Assembly (NCBI RefSeq): GCF_018350175.1
Contig: NC_058368.1
Coordinates: 156,366,001-156,430,000, forward strand
Source of the DNA: Felis catus
Taxonomy: Eukaryota
Reading direction: 5' to 3'
DNA: 64,000 nucleotides
The notes under the pieces are model-generated. The model saw only the letters and a list, made by a program, of their open reading frames with translations, did not search any database and was not told the DNA's origin. Each line of letters opens with the position of its first letter. Within the stretch, counting starts at the first letter, position 1. The translations under genes and the position numbers were made by a program. This document shows positions 62,901-64,000 of the stretch, one piece after another.

Positions 62901-64000
62901 ATCTTTTATATTAAATACATTTTATATCTAGACCACTACATGTGTTTCATCAGTTTCATCATTAGGAATTTTGGCAGCTTTAATCTATTCTCTGACAACA
63001 TATTCTTCTGTTGTATGTAGGATCCTCTGATCATGTCTTCTAGTACTAAAACCTTTCTATCCCTTATAAAATTTTTATGGCAGAACGCATAAATAATTAT
63101 AGGACTTGACAGAGGGGGGGTACAGAGTACTCAGTGCTATGTAACCAAATACAGAGTCATTTTTCTTTTGCCCTTCCCATATTATCCTTTACTACCCAGG
63201 GGATAAACTCTTGAGTGCTTGCTAAGTAGATATAGATAGGTTTAGCTAGGACCGAAAGATGAAATCTGATTTTGACCCAGAGAAGTTAACGTTTAGTTTT
63301 TTGTGAATCAGTTTTTGTACTAAAAATTGAACATAAGCAGGAATAAGTGAAAAGTGTGATCTGTGGCTATGCAAGGTTTTGTAGTCTTTAATGCAGTCAC
63401 CTATTAGCCATGGAAGGGGACAGTACTTTTTTTGTGTTGGTAAAATTACGATACCTTTAAGACTCTTACACAAAATTGAAGATGAATATATTTTGTTAAT
63501 ATCTTCTGGGAACACTGAAATTTTTAGGTGAAGATGACAATAGATGAAGTTTTACACGCTTCTTTTAAATTTGTAGTTAAATCTATTGTTTATTGAACTA
63601 AGGCTTCTGTTTTTAGGCAAACCTAATTAGGCATTGCCGGAAAGTCTGAGTTTTTTTAATGTACCTTTATTAGGCATTCAGTTCATATAGCCAGTTAATT
63701 TTGTCAACATGAATTAGGACAAATTTGGATTGTAAACAGAGACCTGGATGCTTTTAAAAAATAGAGAAAACAACTGTTAAGCTGCCAAAATAAAAATGTT
63801 TTAACATTGTATGTTTTCTTTTTCCCAGGCCCGGTGCTTTTACAGCAGAGGAACTCTAAGGGAGAATTGCCCTTGGATTACGTGCTATCATCTCAAATCA
63901 AGGAGGAACTATTTGCCATTACAAAAATAGAAGATACAGTGGAGAACTTTCATGCACAAACAGAGAAACATTTTTACCACCAGCAACTTGAATTTGGTTC
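8529..64000 (+). CDS. SLF1: SLF1 (ANKRD32/BRCTx), partial multi-exon gene, 17 coding exons in window; 5' exons and stop codon lie outside
   Basis: The spliced translation is open across all 17 exons with matching phases. It matches recalled SLF1 peptides: [79 protein letters not shown]. Confidence 0.97.
8804..9094. mobile_element. Tigger2/MER28-like non-autonomous DNA transposon
   Basis: Inverted ends catttgacccttgaac / gttcaagggtcggcta flanked by TA. Confidence 0.8.
9500..10420 (+). mobile_element. Decayed LINE-2 3' fragment; boundaries approximate
   Basis: L2-like phrases ccctccagtggctttccattgcc and ggaagcctccc, ending gcttggcacat. Confidence 0.6.
10500..10992 (+). mobile_element. MaLR MLT1-like solo LTR; 5' boundary approximate
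   Basis: Characteristic 3' end ttggttttctattacttgcagccaaaagcatcctatctgat; internal gggcatgtgagccagtttt. Confidence 0.65.
14485..14628 (+). CDS. SLF1: SLF1 exon ~6, repeat unit: [48 protein letters not shown]
   Basis: gtacag|AGA...CAG|gtaaaa; 144 nt, phase 0-0, open. Confidence 0.93.
15002..15119 (+). pseudogene. Decayed paralogue (pseudo-exon 1) of the SLF1 repeat exons
   Basis: catacag| acceptor, NSV motif in frame, then TGA and a frameshift; 3' part reads [13 protein letters not shown]|gtaata, like [13 protein letters not shown]. Confidence 0.8.
15308..15434 (+). pseudogene. Decayed paralogue (pseudo-exon 2) of the SLF1 repeat exons
   Basis: ag|KEIKNFVFT (cf. KEMKNSIFA); aaaatgaacagtgccttaaa (cf. 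gaaatgaaaggtgccttaaa); donor reads ataaaacttt instead of gtaaaacttt. Confidence 0.78.
15622..16009 (+). pseudogene. Decayed paralogue (pseudo-exon 3) split by a SINE
   Basis: catatag|aaaggaatt; gattttgtgaaagataggg (cf. exon 6 gatttctggaaggataggg); cag|gtagaaatt (cf. exon 9 cag|gtagaactt). Confidence 0.7.
15646..15887 (+). mobile_element. Young SINEC_Fc
   Basis: ggggcgcctgggtggctcagtcggttaagcg, CpG-rich; perfect 15-bp TSD taaaatggagttact (15631-15645 / 15888-15902). Confidence 0.95.
16045..16230 (+). mobile_element. Short L1 3'UTR fragment
   Basis: agcagactcttaaatatagagaactgg...gatgagcactgtgtaatgtatagaattgttgaatc. Confidence 0.7.
16408..16545 (+). pseudogene. Decayed paralogue (pseudo-exon 4) of the SLF1 repeat exons
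   Basis: ttttgactggtcaca (cf. exon 7); aaagattccaagaaagac and aaagtacct (cf. exon 8); acceptor position reads gg. Confidence 0.75.
16747..16893 (+). CDS. SLF1: SLF1 exon ~7, repeat unit: [49 protein letters not shown]
   Basis: acatag|AAA...CAG|gtaaga; 147 nt, phase 0-0, open. Confidence 0.92.
17280..17526 (-). mobile_element. Can-SINE within an old antisense L1 fragment (~16970-17860)
   Basis: polyT head, ends ccacccaggcacccc; TSD-like tcacaact. Confidence 0.85.
17893..18113 (+). mobile_element. SINEC_Fc
   Basis: 17-bp TSD agaagtcagactcttga (17876-17892 / 18114-18130). Confidence 0.93.
18197..18343 (+). CDS. SLF1: SLF1 exon ~8, basic NLS-like repeat unit: [49 protein letters not shown]
   Basis: ttatag|AAG...GAG|gtaaaa; 147 nt, phase 0-0, open. 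Confidence 0.93.
18561..18724 (+). pseudogene. Decayed paralogue (pseudo-exon 5) of the SLF1 repeat exons
   Basis: ttacatgcatacac|aaagaaatt (cf. exon 7 ttacatgcacatag|aaagaa); 3' part reads [13 protein letters not shown]|gtaata. Confidence 0.78.
18891..18996 (+). pseudogene. Decayed paralogue (pseudo-exon 6) with intact AG/GT
   Basis: tattcag|...gagattccaggaaaga (16/16 identical to exon 8)...atag|gtaaaact; 106 nt. Confidence 0.78.
19199..19321 (+). CDS. SLF1: SLF1 exon ~9, repeat unit: [41 protein letters not shown]
   Basis: atgcag|AAA...CAG|gtagaa; 123 nt, phase 0-0; overlaps ORF-track entry 19187..19375. Confidence 0.93.
20421..20474 (+). CDS. SLF1: SLF1 exon ~10: [18 protein letters not shown]
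   Basis: ttgtag|GCT...GAG|gtaagg; 54 nt, phase 0-0. Confidence 0.93.
21412..21570 (+). CDS. SLF1: SLF1 exon ~11: [53 protein letters not shown]
   Basis: polyT-ag|GCT...CAG|gtaaga; 159 nt. Confidence 0.95.
21683..21878 (-). mobile_element. Can-SINE
   Basis: SINE body; TSD-like ccctcattttaa. Confidence 0.88.
23371..23534 (+). CDS. SLF1: SLF1 exon ~12: [54 protein letters not shown]
   Basis: caatag|GAT...ATC AG|gtaagg; 164 nt, phase 0 to 2. Confidence 0.95.
24475..24688 (-). mobile_element. Can-SINE
   Basis: SINE body; TSD-like cagttccttca. Confidence 0.85.
25306..29584 (-). mobile_element. 5'-truncated carnivore LINE-1 (decayed ORF2 and 3'UTR) carrying SINEs at ~26786-27004 and ~27465-27698
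   Basis: Minus-strand ORF fragments [51 protein letters not shown]; polyT at ~25314; degenerate TSD agatgcccagtttt / aaatgctcagtttt. Confidence 0.93.
30205..30600. mobile_element. MER3-like hAT fossil split by a plus-strand SINE (~30267-30500)
   Basis: tgctgtccaa...tagccacatgtg and gaaagttctgttggacagtac ends; SINE with TSD-like tttaagatta. Confidence 0.7.
30625..30855 (-). mobile_element. Can-SINE
   Basis: SINE body; TSD-like aatattaaattttt. Confidence 0.85.
31312..31443 (+). CDS. SLF1: SLF1 exon ~13: [43 protein letters not shown]
   Basis: cttcag|G TCT...CAA AA|gtaagt; 132 nt, phase 2-2. Confidence 0.95.
32022..32187 (+). CDS. SLF1: SLF1 exon ~14: [55 protein letters not shown]
   Basis: cattag|G TTG...GAT|gtaagt; 166 nt, phase 2 to 0; ORF track 32002..32226. 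Confidence 0.95.
32830..33010 (-). mobile_element. L1 extreme 3' fragment
   Basis: gattcatcacttacatataacacccagtgctcatcacaagtgccctccttaatacccatcacc. Confidence 0.75.
34862..35074 (+). mobile_element. SINEC_Fc
   Basis: CpG-rich body; TSD aaaactgataacattct / aaaactggtaacattct. Confidence 0.93.
39038..39185 (+). CDS. SLF1: SLF1 exon ~15: [49 protein letters not shown]
   Basis: tgttag|GTC...GAT G|gtgagt; 148 nt, phase 0 to 1. Confidence 0.95.
40381..40591 (-). mobile_element. Very young SINEC_Fc
   Basis: CpGs retained; perfect TSD taaaatgaatgtatttta (40363-40380 / 40592-40609). Confidence 0.95.
42465..42640 (+). mobile_element. MER58A-like hAT-Charlie fossil
   Basis: caggggttggcaaacttttt...gtttcagtaaaactttatttataaaa. 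Confidence 0.75.
43379..43595 (+). mobile_element. Can-SINE
   Basis: ggggtgcctgagtcactcagtcagttaagc, (CT)n tract and A tail. Confidence 0.88.
43850..45430 (+). mobile_element. L1 3' fragment (ORF2 C-terminus and 3'UTR) interrupted by an LTR
   Basis: [29 protein letters not shown]; 3'UTR ggctgtacaccttaaatttata. Confidence 0.88.
44581..45173 (-). mobile_element. Probable antisense solo LTR nested in the L1
   Basis: ~590 bp non-L1 insert bounded by tgtgacata ... tatcaca; L1 resumes at gtggtggttac. Confidence 0.65.
45715..45915 (+). mobile_element. MER20-like hAT fossil
   Basis: tttggggctggatcattctttgttgt...gccagtagcac...tgacaaccaaa...ttgccaaatgttccctgg. Confidence 0.75.
46212..46669 (+). repeat. 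5' LTR of the ERV
   Basis: Ends ...tcccctaca; ATTAAA at 46571; followed by tgg (degenerate PBS) and a splice donor aag|gtaaga at 46771. Confidence 0.88.
48306..48780 (+). mobile_element. Two head-to-tail SINEs (young 48306-48533, older 48550-48780)
   Basis: Two ggggc(g/a)cctgggtggctc starts; three copies of the target motif aaaa(g)aggacc(t/c)a. Confidence 0.92.
49539..49867 (+). pseudogene. gag remnant (capsid MHR-like region and CCHC zinc knuckle)
   Basis: [27 protein letters not shown]...[26 protein letters not shown] at 49823-49864. Confidence 0.75.
50862..53880. mobile_element. SINEs within the ERV interior: ~50862-51095 (-), ~51096-51299 (-), ~52194-52411 (-), ~52734-52961 (-), ~53758-53880 (+)
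   Basis: Can-SINE bodies with A/T tails. Confidence 0.85.
54771..55436 (+). repeat. 3' LTR of the ERV, containing a SINE (~54862-55042)
   Basis: tgaaggggag...cccctaca; ATTAAA at 55332. Confidence 0.88.
56352..56497 (+). CDS. SLF1: SLF1 exon ~16: [48 protein letters not shown]
   Basis: gtacag|AC TTT...ATG|gtaagc; 146 nt, phase 1 to 0. Confidence 0.95.
56893..56960. repeat. Compound (TA)n(CA)n microsatellite
   Basis: Directly visible. Confidence 0.95.
57528..57691 (+). CDS. SLF1: SLF1 exon ~17: [54 protein letters not shown]
   Basis: caacag|GTG...TTA CC|gtaagt; 164 nt, phase 0 to 2. Confidence 0.95.
58497..58630 (+). CDS. SLF1: SLF1 exon ~18: [44 protein letters not shown]
   Basis: tttcag|A GAG...AAA G|gtattc; 134 nt, phase 2 to 1. 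Confidence 0.95.
59906..59949. repeat. (GT)~22 microsatellite
   Basis: Directly visible. Confidence 0.97.
60541..60633 (+). CDS. SLF1: SLF1 exon ~19, first ankyrin repeat: [30 protein letters not shown]
   Basis: tggcag|GA GAA...AAA G|gtaagt; 93 nt, phase 1-1; ankyrin G-x-T-A-L-H motif. Confidence 0.96.
61023..61205 (+). CDS. SLF1: SLF1 exon ~20, ankyrin repeats: [60 protein letters not shown]
   Basis: atttag|AC AAT...GGG G|gtgagt; 183 nt, phase 1-1; two TPLH motifs. Confidence 0.97.
63829..64000 (+). CDS. SLF1: SLF1 last coding exon ~21, cut by window end: [56 protein letters not shown]
   Basis: ttttcccag|GC CCG; open to the end of the window. Confidence 0.95.

Overview
Mammalian genomic DNA, almost certainly felid, judging by its carnivore tRNA-derived SINEC_Fc-type SINEs and carnivore L1s. 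The whole window lies inside one plus-strand gene, SLF1 (ANKRD32/BRCTx, SMC5-SMC6 complex localization factor 1). I traced 17 coding exons with GT-AG boundaries and consistent phases. They run from the end of the second BRCT domain (8529) to the ankyrin-repeat/C-terminal exon that leaves the window at 64000, and correspond to about human exons 5-21 (numbering from memory). The introns hold antisense L1s, more than 20 SINEs, DNA-transposon fossils, solo LTRs and a ~9.2 kb sense-oriented MER34-like ERV with both LTRs and a decayed gag. The most striking observation is at ~14.4-19.4 kb, an ancient tandem exon array with a period of ~310-360 bp once TE insertions are removed. It has ten recognisable copies of one phase-0 exon: four are live SLF1 exons encoding an internal ~41-49 aa repeat, and six are decayed pseudo-exons, some with intact splice dinucleotides (candidate poison exons). 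There is also a candidate intronic polyadenylation site that would yield a short BRCT-only isoform. All repeat-family names come from recognition by eye, not from a database search.
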